In this document: positions 11,822-24,824 of the stretch, one piece after another
Position numbering within the stretch: the first letter of the stretch is position 1
How the letters are laid out: each line of letters starts with the position of its first letter
Assembly (NCBI GenBank): GCA_964016885.1
Contig: OZ024761.1
Coordinates: 3,472,001 to 3,536,000, forward strand
Length of the DNA stretch: 64,000 nucleotides
Origin: Eledone cirrhosa
Lineage: Eukaryota
Direction of reading: 5' to 3'
The notes under the pieces: model-generated
What the model saw: only the letters and a program-made list of their open reading frames with translations
Databases searched by the model: none
What the model was told of the DNA's origin: nothing
Program-made: the position numbers and the translations under genes

Positions 11822-13350
11822 TTCTCTTCTTTTTTGCCCAATTATTCCTGAGAAGGTCGTGGGGACAGAGTCTTCAAACACTCCCTCTAGTGGGTCCTGT
11901 CAGAAGCAAGTCTCCAACTGACCAAGCTGGATCCCCAAATGTGACCAGCCAAGCTCATTTATGTTGTCCAACCATCTTGCTCGCGGTCTATCCCTGGATC
12001 TCTTGTTGGTTGGTTTTGCCTGTAAAATCTGTCCATCAATTCTTTCCTGAGTCATTCTAACCACATGTCCATAGTATCGGAGCTGTGATCTCTCAATTCA
12101 GAGAAGTAGCGGCTCTACCTGGGGTGACTCTCTGATCTCTGAGTTACAGACTTTATCAAATAACATTACTCCAAAGACTCTTTGGAGGAACCCTGTTTCG
12201 GCCACTTGTATTTGCGATCATATTCTTTCAGTCATTAACTAAGATTCATGACCATAGGTAAGGGTTGGCATTAAAACCAAATTGAAGACAGCGAGTTTGG
12301 CTTTTACACCCACCTCCCTTCTTCAGATTACTGAATGCTGAAGCTGGTGCATTACTGCACCAGCTTTTGCAATTCCTGTACTTAATTCAGCCTCCTGCCT
12401 TCCATCACTCGTGAACATGGCCCCGAGATACTTGAACTTCTCTACCTGCTTCAGTGGAACTCCATTCACATGTAGCGTGCACTGCATGAAAGTCAAAGAT
12501 CATCTTCTGTTGAGTTAAATAACACCATGTCGTCTGTAAATTCCAGCCAACTGATTATACACCCGGCGGTTGTGACACCACTGCCAGCCCAGCTGTGCAT
12601 GTCAATCCTGTTCATGTAAATAATGAACAGGAGGGGAGACGGTACACACCCTTGGCGGAGTCTGACTCCCACATTGAATGGTTTCGATTTAACACCATTT
12701 GTCCCAACTCAGGCCTTCATACAGAGACATCAGGGCAGCAAGAAGCTGACTATCGTTCCCATACTCCTGTACAACCTTCCACAGCAGGTCCCGAGGAGTG
12801 CGGTCATATGCCTTTTCGAGGTCGACAAAACAAGAATATACATCTTGGCAACACTCCCACGATTTCTTGAAGACCTGCCACAGTGTGAAAATTTGGTCGG
12901 TTGTGTTGTGTCCAGGGTAAAACCACACTGTTCATCTGCTAGCTTGGACTTGACAATCTCCCTGCATCTTAGCATAGACTTTACCAGGGAGGCTTAGCAA
13001 GGAGATCCCTCTGTTATTGGAACAATCTCTCTTGTCTCTCTCATTTGAAAATTGGGATTATCACTCCCGATTGCCATTGCTTAGGTGCCTTTCCAGAGAT
13101 CCAAGCCACACGGCACACATGAGCCAGCCAGAGAATACCTTTTCTATTTAAGGGTGCTAAAATCTTGGGCTTTCATTTCATCATCCCAGCGGTTTTGCTA
13201 CATTTGAGCTCTTTAACTGCTCTTGTGACCTCAGCCTTTGAGAGATTAGTCACCGCTCCCAGATGCAACCTCGTCTACATCAGGCGATGCAGTTGTGATT
13301 GGGTTTAGGAGATCAGCAAAGTATTCTCTCCATTATTCCCAAGCCAAGCT
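11822..13350 (-). mobile_element. RTE family A RT-to-3'-end fragment
   Basis: CFVDLEKAYDR and TTDQIFTL remnants; homologous to 4838-5415 and 30595-31008. Confidence 0.88.
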
Positions 13351-13436
13351 TTGTAAACTAGGTTTTCCAAATGTTTATTTATTAAACACCATATATCTAA
13401 CGATATATAGTGTGTTTATAAATAAACATATATATA

Positions 13437-14636
13437 TATCATCATCACTGTTTTGTGGCAATTTTTTCCACGCTAGCATTGGTTAGATGAGTTGTCCTGT
13501 TGTGGCTAGTGCTAGGTCAGGTGACCATGTCTTGCTCGTACAGAACTGATTTTGGCTTGGTTTCTACAACTGGATGCCCTTCCTAACACCAACCTCATTT
13601 ACAGTGAGTGCTGGGTGCTTTTTGTTGTTACCAGCATGACCACTTTACAGTGTGGGCTGGGAGCTTTTTGTCGTGACACCTACATGACTACTTTACAGTG
13701 AGTGCTGGGTGCTTTTTTGTCATGTCACCAGCATGACCAGTTTACAGTGTTGGGCTGGATGTATACTTTGTACTGCCCTCGTAGGAGATGTATAGGAGGG
13801 TGGGATGGTGCATGCTATTTATATGCTTCAGCTTCTGCTTGTACCCGTGGAAAGTCTGGTCTTTTGTATCACTGTGTAGCGCCAGATATCCCGGTCCTGT
13901 GTCATCGCCTTCGAGAGGTGCAATTTTACAAGGTCAGTTTTTATCACCTCATCCCAGGTCTTCCTGGGTCTCCCCACTCTACGGCTTCCATCGACTTCTA
14001 GAGCTCTGCACCTCTTTATGCAGCTGTCATCCTTCATACGCATCACATGTCAATACCAATGCAACCTCCTCTCCTGCACACAGCATTTGATTCCTCTTAT
14101 GCTTAGTTTCTCTCTCAGTTTGTTTATGCTTCGCCGTTCGTATATATTACTATTTCCCAGCCATTGGAACATGCAAGCTTCATTCCTTTCCAATTTACGC
14201 ATGTCTTCTGCACACAGCGCCCAGGTCTCACTGCCATGCAACATTGCTGTTCGTATGCACGCATCATACAGTCTGCCTTTTGTAGCCAGCAATGGTAGTA
14301 GCTCCCTGAACTTCTTCCATCCGGTTCTTACTCTGGTTACTGTCCTTTCAGAAAACCCACTTCTGCTGCTAATTCAGTCACCCAGGTAGCAGAAGCTGTC
14401 TACTGTTTCTACAGAGCCTTCTCAGAATTTGATAAACATTTGTTTCCTGTGGTCATTTGCCGCTTGCTGTGCTGGTGCAGCTGCTGCATATAAAACCTAC
14501 ATTCTTAACTAAACTTCCTGAGATCCCACTACATCTCTTGTGTACCCATAGCTTGCATTTGAGACAGAGGCTGGAGTTTCTACCTACATACTGAGCAAAG
14601 CCATTTCCCTGAAGGGATTAGGGTTCTGTTTTCTGT
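13437..14636 (-). mobile_element. RTE family B 3' fragment with Meta-domain-like 3' UTR
   Basis: LHGSETWAL, RRLHWY and GRPRKTW, followed by aggaagggcatccag and a (GAT)n tail. Confidence 0.88.
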
Positions 14637-14671
14637 AAATATATAAATATCTATGTGTGTGTGTGTCTGTA

Positions 14672-14729
<58 letters not shown>

Positions 14730-15183
14730 CACCCATATATAAATGAAGGACTAGTGTCCGAAACGTTAAGACCCTCTTCCTGCTATATCAAGCGTTAACC
14801 TAATATATCCCTTCCTTATACTGTACCGATTGTGTTGTTATTTCTGTTTACCTTTTACATATATATATATATATATATGTAAGTGTCATGTAAGTGTCAT
14901 GACAAAAAGTACCCAGCACACACTGTAAATGTGGTTGGTGTTAGGAAGGGCATCCAACTGAAGAAAACCTGCCAGAAACTCTCCGATATAAGCAAGACAC
15001 GGTCACCCGACCCAACTCACCTCTAAATAAGACAAACCCGTCTAACCCATGCTAGTGTAGAAGATGGACATTAATCGAGTATGGTGATGATCGGCGCTGA
15101 TGATATATATATATATCCAGTGAATTTCCAACCGATAAGGTATGATTTTCATGGGTACGTCTCTATTTATAAAACAAACTTTG

Positions 15184-15247
15184 TATTTTATCTGATGAAA
15201 GCGTACCAATGTTGTCTTGGTACCCTTGAAATATATATAATAAAATA
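15184..15247 (+). ncRNA. Type I hammerhead ribozyme (inside protease intron 5)
   Basis: tattttat-CTGATGA-aagcgtacca(atgttgtct)tggtaccctt-GAAAt(atat)aTA^-ataaaata; AUA triplet, 8-bp stem I. Confidence 0.78.
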
Positions 15248-15286
15248 AATATGGTTTTATAAATATAGTTTCCATTTATTTAATAT

Positions 15287-15393
<107 letters not shown>

Positions 15394-15466
15394 AATATAT
15401 GTCTGCATGTGTGTATGTATGTGTGTGTGCATATGCGTATGTGTGTGCATGTATATATATATATAT

Positions 15467-18400
15467 CATCATCATCATCATCATCATCAACGTTTAACGT
15501 CCGTGTTCCACGCTTGCATGGGTTTGGACGGGGGTTTTCCCACTTGAGGCAAGAGTGATTGTCTTGCTCGCATAGGACTGTCTGGCGGGTTTTCTACAGC
15601 TGGATGCCCTTCCTAACACCAACCACATTTACAGTGTGGGGTGGGAGGTTTTTACCGTGTTGCCTACACGGCCACATTACAGCGTGGACTGTCTGGCGGG
15701 TTTTCTACAGCTGGATGCCCTTCCTAACACCAACCACATTTACAGTGTGGGGCTGGGAGGTTTTTACTGTGTTGCCTACACGGCCACATTACATGTGTTT
15801 TTTTTTGTCGTGACACCTACACAATCTCATTTGTTTCGGCCTGGATGTTGTGGCACCAACATAACTTTACATTGAAAGGGGCGGTGTGGATGGGGTGGGG
15901 GTGGTGGGACGGGGGTGTATTTTATTAGAGATGCCTACTGAGTGTAGTAGGTTTTCCTTTGTATTTAGGTAAGGCGGGTCTTCTCTATTACTGAGTACGC
16001 CAAAGGTCTCGGTCCAGTGACATTGTCTTGGAGAGGTGTAAGTGTGTGAGGTCGGAATTTATCAGCTCGTCCCAGGTTTTTCTGGGTCTGCCTATTCCGT
16101 GGCTACCGTCTATCTTTATTGCCCTGCACTTTGTTATACAGCTATCGTCTTTCATGCGCATCACGTAACCATACCAACGTAGCCTTCTCTCAAGTAAACA
16201 ACATCTGATCCCTCTTATTTCTAATTTTTTCCTTAGTTCGTTTATGCTTTGCCGTTCACGTATATTACTATTACACATCCAGCGGAGCATGCAAGCTTCG
16301 TTCCTCTCTAGTCTGCGTATATCCTCTGCACACAATGCCCAGGTCTCACTGCCATGCAACATTGCTGTTCGTATGCAGGCATCATACAACCTGACTTTCA
16401 TTTTTAGGGAGAACCCTTTAGCGGCTAATAGTGGTATAAGCTCTCTGAACTTTTTCCATCCAGTTTTGACTCTAGCTACTGTACTTTCAGAGCACCCTCC
16501 CCCACTGCTGATTTTGTCACCCAGGTAACGGAAGCTGTCCACTATTTCTATAGAACCCTCTGCGCAGTTGAAAGAGCTAGTATTTTGTGGGCACTTGCTG
16601 CTACTTATTGCACCAGAGCACCGGCCACATGTAAAATCTATGTTCTTAGTTAGCTTACCTGTGATCCCACTACATCTTTTATGCACCCATACTTTGCATT
16701 TGGGACACAAAATGGAGTTTCTACCTACGCCTTTCCTACACACTGAGCATGGCCACTTCCCGGAAGGGACCGCCGCCTTATTTTCTTTCTTACAAACTAG
16801 AACTTTAGTCTTAGCCAGGTTAATTTTAAGGCTTTTTGATTCTAGGCCGTGCTTCCATGTTTGGAATTTCTTCTCTAGCTCGGCCATTGATTCGGCTATG
16901 AGTGTTAGGTCATCTGCGTATAGGAGTTCCCATGGGCAGCCGGTCTTGAACTCCTCTGTTATAGCCTGAAGGGCAATAATAAATAGTAGGGGGCTGAGAA
17001 CAGAGCCCTGATGGACGCCAACTTTTACGCTAAACTCTTCACTATATTCGTTGTTAATTCTAACCTTGCTGACTGTTTCTTTATACATGGCTTGTATAGC
17101 TCTCACAAGCCATTCGTCAACACCTAGTTTTCTAAGAGCCCACTAGATAATGGAACGGGGGACTCTGTCGAAGGCTTTCTCCAAGTCGACAAAAGCTAAG
17201 TATAGGGGTTTACTTTTAGCTAGGTACTTCTCCTGTAGTTGTCGTACAATGAAAAGAGCGTCTGTGGTACTTTTGCCTGACACAAACCCGAACTGCATTT
17301 CATCTAGATCAATTCTCTCTCTGATTAGTTGCGCTATTACTTTTTCCGTGACCTTCATGATCTGGTCGATTAATTTAATGCCTCTATAGTTACTCCTATC
17401 TAACGCATCTCCTTTACCCTTATAACAGTTAACGATGATGCTGCTACGCCAGTCCTTCGGAACAACCCCATTCTGTACGACTTGGTTAAGTATCCGGGTG
17501 ACCATGGTGTGTCCCACCGTACCAGATGCCTTCAGCATCTCAGCAACTATTTCCAAAGGCCCAGCCGCCTTACCCGTCTTCATATCTTTGATTGCCTTAC
17601 TTATTATACTACCCTCGACTAACACTGCTGGTCCCTCTATTGGGTCGATGTGGGGGAGACTGTCTTTCTCCCATTTATTCTCCTCATTTAGTAGCCTTTC
17701 GTAGTGACACTTCCAAGCTACCTTCTAATCAGCGTCGGTGATGGCAAGAACGCCGTCATCATTAAGTACACACTTCTCCCTGACAATATCACGGTTTTCC
17801 TTGACACATTGCCTAGCAATCCTGAACACCTCACGTTTTTGGTCCTCGCATTGTAGAACATGCTTGAACTTTCTTTCCTCTGCTTCCCTTCTTGCGAAGT
17901 ACACTTGTCTCCTAGCTTCCCTCCTGGCCACTTGATAGTCTTCTCTACTTCCCGCCATACTTTCCAAGCCTGCTTTTTGGCCTTAATTGACCCCTCCACC
18001 TTACTGTTCAACCACCATGTTACTCTCCTCCTGCCTACAGGCCTGCTCCAGCCACAGACTTCGTCTGGCGCCATCAGCAGGTTTGCTTTCAGGAATTCCC
18101 ACTGTTCCTCTATATTGTACGACTAATTGCTCTTCCTTACTGTCGAAAGCATCAAGTAGTATGCTTTTAAATTTATTTCTGGCTGTGGGGTCCTTTAGCT
18201 TCCATATTTTTCTCCTGAGGATAGTCCTCTTCTGCTGTCTAGTACGTCTCGTCCTGACTATTAGGTCGCTAATTATCAGTCTATGTTGGGAGGTGCATTC
18301 TTCATGGGGGAGGGATTTAGTGTTTACAACAGACACTCTGTCACGTCTTCTGGTAAGGATATAATCTACCTGGCTTCTGTGTTCCCCCAATCTATAGGTG

Positions 18401-18575
18401 ATCAGGTGATTGTCACGTTTTTTGAAGTTAGTGTTACAGATAGTTAGGTTATTAGCGTTACAGAATTCCAGGATTCTGAAGCCTTCCTCATATCTAGTAC
18501 CAAACCCATAGCCTCCATGGATTTCGTCGTAGCCGTCACAATGTTGTCCAACGTGACCATTTAGGTCACCTGCAA
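15467..18575 (-). mobile_element. RTE-clade LINE (family B), most of ORF2 plus long 3' UTR
   Basis: APE (SQVDYIL), RT (FVDLEKAFDRVP, QGSVLSPLLF, LLYADDL), PHD-like Cys cluster, RRLRWYG and GRPRKTW; frameshifts and a stop; (GAT)n tail at 15467-15489. Confidence 0.95.
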
Positions 18576-18608
18576 TATATCTATATATATATATATATAT
18601 ATATATAT

Positions 18609-19840
18609 CATAAATTGCTACAAAGGTAAAGGGGATGCTCTGGAGAGGAGCAATTATAGGGGTATAAAACTGATGGATCAGGTTATGAAAGTGGCAGAAA
18701 GGATATTAGCACAACTAATTAGAGAAAGGGTCAAACTAGATGAGATGCAGTTTGGTTTTGTGCCTGGGGAAAGTACAACAGATGCCCTCTTCTTAGTGAG
18801 ACAACTACAAGAGAGGTTCTTAGAGAAAAATAAGCCACTATACTTAGCCTTTGTTGACCTAGAGAAGGCCTTTGATAGGGTACCACGATCTGTCATCTGG
18901 TGGTCCCTAAAGAAACTAGGTGTTGAGGAATGGCTTGTGAGGACAGTGCAACTTTGTACAGTGGTGCTGTCAGGGTAGGAATGGAGTTTAGTGAGGAATT
19001 CCAGATACAAGTAGAAGTTCATCAAGGTTCGGTCCTCAGCCCGCTCTTGTTCATTATAGTCCTCCAAGCCATAACAAAGGAGTTTAAGACTGGCTGTCCA
19101 TGGGAACTTCTCTATGCTGATGATCTGGTTCTTATAGCAGAATCAGTAGAGGAGCTAGAGAATAAATTCTGGCTATGGAAACAGCAGTTGGAAGCAAGAG
19201 GACTGAGAGTGAACCTAGCTAAGACAAAAATTTTGATGAGTAGAAAAGAGGACAAAACCCTGATTCCGTCAGGGAAATGGCCATGTTCGATATGCAGAAA
19301 AGGAACTGGCATAAATTCTATAAAATGCACACAATGCAGATCCTGGGTACACAAGAGATGTAGCGGGATAGCAGGCAAACTAACAGGTAGGGAGAAATAC
19401 GTATGCAGTAGATGTACAGGGAAATTAGACAGTGGAAGTCGCATTGATAGACACATTTTTCAAATGCAGTCGGGTGCTATGCAAGTGGTGGATAGCTTCC
19501 AGTACCTAGGAGATCAGATTAGCATGGGGGGGGGGTTCCGAGGCCATAGTATCTAGAATAAAGACGGGTTGGAAGAAGTTTTGGGAGCTGCTTCCTCTGC
19601 TGACGAAGAAGCGTTTCTCCCTGCGTACGAAAGGCCGTTGAAATGCCAGTTGAAGGAAGACGTGGTAGAGGTAGACCACGAAAAACATGGGCGGAGGTGG
19701 TGAGAACAGACCTCAGATCATTGAAGCTCACAGTGGAGATGACGAAGAACCGTGACGAGTGGAGAGATGCTGTGCTGAATAAGACCCGTCCCACCCTTGC
19801 AAGCAGGGAAAAGCGGACATAAAATGATGATGATGATGAT
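18609..19840 (+). mobile_element. RTE-clade LINE (family B sister subfamily), internally deleted
   Basis: RT motifs LLYADDL and QGSVLSP, Cys finger, short tail gcaagcagggaaaagcggacataaaa(tga)n. Confidence 0.92.
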
Positions 19841-19876
19841 ATATATCTGTGTGTGTGTATGTATGTTATATATGTG

Positions 19877-19913
<37 letters not shown>

Positions 19914-19983
19914 GTGTGTTAATTTGTTCTGCTATTCCATTACAGTATTATTCTGTTATTCTTCTCTCGTTATTTCTTCTCAG

Positions 19984-20136
19984 GGAGATTCAGGTGGTCC
20001 CCTGTATTGTCCGTCCAGCAATGGTAAGATGGTGTTGGCTGGCATCTCATCTTTCGGCTGTCGGTACGATGCGGCCATCTTTACAAATGTCGCCCACTAC
20101 AAAACATGGATTAGAAGCTTGATAAGGATTTTATAG
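19984..20136 (+). CDS. S1A serine protease, exon 6 (catalytic Ser, stop)
   Basis: Pyrimidine tract and cag; GDSGGPLYCPSSNGKMVLAGISSFGCRYDAAIFTNVAHYKTWIRSLIRIL*. The six exons total 780 nt (259 aa + stop) with no frameshift. Confidence 0.95.
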   Translation, partial: GDSGGPLYCPSSNGKMVLAGISSFGCRYDAAIFTNVAHYKTWIRSLIRIL

Positions 20137-20198
20137 TCGGAGAGGCTGGAATATATTTGCTGGACAATTGACCGACTGACTGATTGGCTGGCTGGCTG

Positions 20199-21575
20199 AC
20201 CAACAACAACACCACCAACACCACTACCACCAACAACACCACCACCAACAACAACACCACTACCACCAACAACACCACCACTGACACCACCAACACCACC
20301 GCCAACAACACCACCACCACCACCAACAACACCACCACCAACACCACTAACATCAACAACAACACCACCACCAACACCAACAACAACACCACCAACACCA
20401 CCACCAACAACACCACCAACACCACCACCACCAACAACAACAACACCACCACCAACAACACCACCAACACCACCACCAACAACAACACCACCACCAACAA
20501 CAACACCACCAACACCACCACCAACAATACCAACACCAACAACAACAATACCAACACCACCAACACCAACAACAACACCACCATCACCACCACCAACAAT
20601 ACCAACACCAACAACAACAATACCAACACCACCAACACCAACAACAACACCACCAACACCAACAACAACACCACCAAGACCACCACCACCACCAACAATA
20701 CCAACACCAACAACAACAATACCAACACCACCAACACCAACAACAACACCACCAACACCAACAACAACACCACCAAGACCACCACCACCACCAACAATAC
20801 CACGACCACCAACACCAACAACAACACCACCAACAACACCAACATCATCACCACCACCAACAACAACAACACCACCAACACCACCAACACCATCACCACC
20901 ACCAACAACAACACCACCAACACCACCAACACCATCACCACCACCAACAACAACACCACCAACACCACCAACAACACCACCAACACCACCAACAACAACA
21001 CCAACACCACCACCACCAACAACATCACCAACACCAACACCACCACCAACAACACCACCAACACCAACAACAACACCACCAACACCACCAACACCACCAC
21101 CAACAACAACAACAACAACACCAACACCAACACCAACACCAACAACAACACCACCAACACCACCAACAACACCACCAACACCACCACCCCCACCGCCACC
21201 AACAACAACACCACCACCAACAACAACAACACCAACAACAACAACACCAACACCAACACCAACAACAACAACACCACCAACAACAACACCACCAACAACA
21301 ATACCAACACCAACAATACCACCACCACCACCACCAACACCAACACCACCACCAACACCACCAACAACAACAACACCACCAACACCACCAACACCAACAC
21401 CACCACCACCACCAACAACACCACCACCACCACCAACAATACCACCACCAACACCAACACCACCACCAACACCACCAACACCACCAACACCACCACCAAC
21501 AACAACAACAATACCACCAACAACAACACCAACACCACCACCACCAATACCACCACCAACAACAACACCACCAAC

Positions 21576-21606
<31 letters not shown>

Positions 21607-21647
21607 CCACCAACACCACCAACAACAACAACAATACCAACACAACA
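20199..21647. repeat. 1.45-kb (CAA/CAC)n microsatellite just after the protease stop codon
   Basis: Directly visible; explains the 497-aa poly-N/T and 510-aa poly-V/L ORFs. Confidence 0.97.
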
Positions 21648-21672
21648 TTCTCACATTCTCACATTATACATA

Positions 21673-21678
21673 AATAAA
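21673..21678 (+). terminator. Likely polyadenylation signal of the protease gene
   Basis: First AATAAA seen after the stop codon, followed by a GT-rich tract (ttgtgttgtattctgt). Confidence 0.5.
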
Positions 21679-21757
21679 TCTATATTATAATATTTGTGTT
21701 GTATTCTGTCCGTCTGCCACAAAGGTGACATCGTACCATTTCTAAGTTGTTTTAATA

Positions 21758-21942
21758 ATAATTGTTTCTACTTTTGGCACAAGGCCAGCAATTACCCAGT
21801 ACATTACTGGTACTTTATTTTATCGACCCCGTAAGGATGAAAGGCAAAGTTAACCTCGACGGGATTTGAACTCAGATCGTAAAGGGACGTAACTATGCTG
21901 CAAAGCATGGCGTGTGACTCTCTACCGATACTGCCAATTCAC
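21758..21942 (-). mobile_element. Same SINE family
   Basis: Full-length match to 45856-46033. Further copies at about 22030-22150, 24018-24225, 31012-31135, 62245-62308 and 62460-62645. Confidence 0.85.
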
Positions 21943-21954
21943 CAGTTGTTTTAA

Positions 21955-23982
21955 TAATAATGAAATTATTGTGTACAGTGCTCAGGTGCACTACAACTCA
22001 TCAAAGGTGCATGTATAGTACATAGAATAATTGTTTCTACTTTTGGCACAAGGGCAGCATTACTGGTGCTTTATTATATCAACCCTGTAAGGATGAAAGA
22101 CAAAGTTAACCTTGGTGGGATTTGAACTCAGACCATAAAGGGCCATAACTCTTTATGGTCTATTACATAGAAGAATGTACAAATGTCAGGAAAGTGAACA
22201 GTGTATGAGTCATGAAACAAACATACACCACACCACACACATGTTTGCATGTGTATGGAGGGGGAATATCAGGTGTAGTGTAGGCGAATTTCAGGAAGCA
22301 TGGAGGTTTTGAAGGATACAGTGTATCGACAGCTAACAACTGATGCAGGTAGTTTGTTCCATGGAGGTTTTAAAGGATGCAGTGTCTCGACAGTTAACAA
22401 CTGATGCAGGTAGTTTGTTCCATGGAGGTTTTAAAGGATGCAGTGTCTTGACAGCTAACAACTGACGCAGGTAGTTTGTTCCATGGAGGGTTTAAAGGAT
22501 GCAGTGTCTCAACAGTTAACAACTGATGCAGGTAGTTTGTTCCATGGAGGTTATAAAAGATGCAGTGTCTCAACAGTTAACAACTGATGCAGGTAGTTTG
22601 TTCCATGGAGGTTATAAAGGATGCAGTGTCTCGACAGTTAACAACTGATGCAGGTAGTTTGTTCCATGGAGGTTTTAAAGGATGCAGTGTCTTGACAGCT
22701 AACAACTGATGCAGGTAGTTTGTTCCATGGAGGGTTTAAAGGATGCAGTGTCTCAACAGTTAACAACTGATGCAGGTAGTTTGTTCCATGGAGGTTATAA
22801 AGGATGCAGTGTCTCGACAGTTAACAACTGATGCAGGTAGTTTGTTCCATGGAGGTTATAAAAGATGCAGTGTCTCAACAGTTAACAACTGATGCAGGTA
22901 GTTTGTTACATGGAGGTTATAAAAGATGCAGTGTCTCGACAGTTAACAACTGATGCAGGTAGTTTGTTCCATGGAGGTTTTAAAGGATGCAGTGTCTCGA
23001 CAGTTAACAACTGATGCAGGTAGTTTGTTCCATGGAGGTTATAAAGGATGCAGTGTCTCGACAGTTAACAACTGATGCAGGTAGTTTGTTCCATGGAGGT
23101 TATAAAGGATGCAGTGTCTCGACAGTTAACAACTGATGCAGGTAGTTTGTTCCATGGAGGTTATAAAAGATGCAGTGTCTCAACAGTTAACAACTGATGC
23201 AGGTAGTTTGTTCCATGGAGGTTATAAAAGATGCAGTGTCTCGACAGTTAACAACTGATGCAGGTAGTTTGTTCCATGGAGGTTTTAAAGGATGCAGTGT
23301 CTCGACAGTTAACAACTGATGCAGGTAGTTTGTTCCATGGAGGTTTTAAAGGATGCAGTGTCTCAACAGTTAACAACTGATGCAGGTAGTTTGTTCCATG
23401 GAGGTTATAAAGGATGCAGTGTCTCGACAGTTAACAACTGATGCAGGTAGTTTGTTCCATGGAGGTTATAAAAGATGCAGTGTCTCGACAGTTAACAACT
23501 GATGCAGGTAGTTTGTTCCATGGAGGTTATAAAGAATGCAGTGTCTCGACAGTTAACAACTGATGCAGGTAGTTTGTTCCATGGAGGTTATAAAGGATGC
23601 AGTGTCTCGACAGCTAACAACTGATGCAGGTAGTTTGTTCCATGCTTCAGCAACTCTGAGCGTGAAAAAATGTTTCAGAAAGTCATGGGAGCTGTGCTGT
23701 TTTCTGACTATGTAGGCATGCCCACGTGTGTTAGACACATGGAAATCAAAATGGTGCTCAGGGTTGTTGTTGGCAAGATGGTTAATAATTTTGTGGGTGT
23801 TTAGCAAGTCAGTTGCCAGATGTTGGAGCTTCAATGTATCCATGCCCAGGGAAGTAAGGTGTTCAGAGTATGGTAGATGCCTGATGGAGGGTATTCACTT
23901 GGTTGCACATCTCTGAACAGTTTCCAGGAGGTCAATGTTCTGAGCAAGATAGGGGTTCCAGATTGGAGATGCAAATTCTAAG
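21955..23982 (-). mobile_element. CR1-type LINE 3' end with an internal tandem expansion and a SINE insertion
   Basis: NTRGHAYIVRK..HFFTLRVAEAWNKLPASVVS, the typical CR1 ORF2 C-terminus. Confidence 0.82.
22299..23644. repeat. 61-bp minisatellite, ~22 copies
   Basis: Unit catggaggttttaaaggatgcagtgtctcgacagttaacaactgatgcaggtagtttgttc. Confidence 0.95.
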
Positions 23983-24700
23983 TTTTTTTATTGCATTCAT
24001 GAGTTTATATCGAATAATAATTGTTTCTAATTTAAGCACAAGGCCAGCAATTTGGGGAGGGGAAAGTTGATTAAATTGACCCCAGTGCATTACTGGTACT
24101 TCATTTTATCAACCCCGTAAGGATGAAAGGTAAATTTAACCTCAGTAAGATTTTAACTGAGAAGGTAAAGGGAGGTAATTCTATGCTGCAAAGCATATTG
24201 TCCAACGCTCTACTGATTCTGCCAATAATAATAATATTCGATTCGTTTGCAAGGAAACAGCCTCATTACTCTATGTTTATTAATTATGTATTTTCATTAC
24301 TGTGTATTCTCGAGTATAAGACCCCAATATTTAATGTCTGAGAAATGGCCAAAAATCTAAACCTCTTTTATAAGCCAGGGAGCTCATAAACACATTGTCT
24401 AGATGGCAAATAGAAACAGACCCCACATACACACTTATTTTACCATCAACTTGGGGGGGGGGGGGATCGTCATATATTCCAGTTTATACACATATGGTTG
24501 ATAATACATATACATAAATATATATGTGGTTGATAATACATACATATATATATGGTTGGTAATACATCATCATCATCATCATCATCATTTTACGTCCGCT
24601 TTTCCCTGCTTGCAAGGGTGGGACGGGAACTGATTCTGGCTTGATTTCTACAGCTGGATGCCCTTCCTAACACCAACCTCATATATATATATGGTTGGTA

Positions 24701-24762
<62 letters not shown>

Positions 24763-24824
24763 TTGGTAATACATATATATATATATATATATATGGTTGG
24801 TAATATATATATATATATATACGT

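Noticed and set aside
14742-14775. Minimal hammerhead (gaaggac tagt gtccGAAAcgtta)
   Set aside because: The CTGA part of the core and the 5' strand of stem I are missing; a remnant at most.
20111-21677. 497-510-aa ORFs (poly-N/T, poly-V/L, poly-W/C)
   Set aside because: They are reading frames of a CAA/CAC microsatellite that contains no stop codons.
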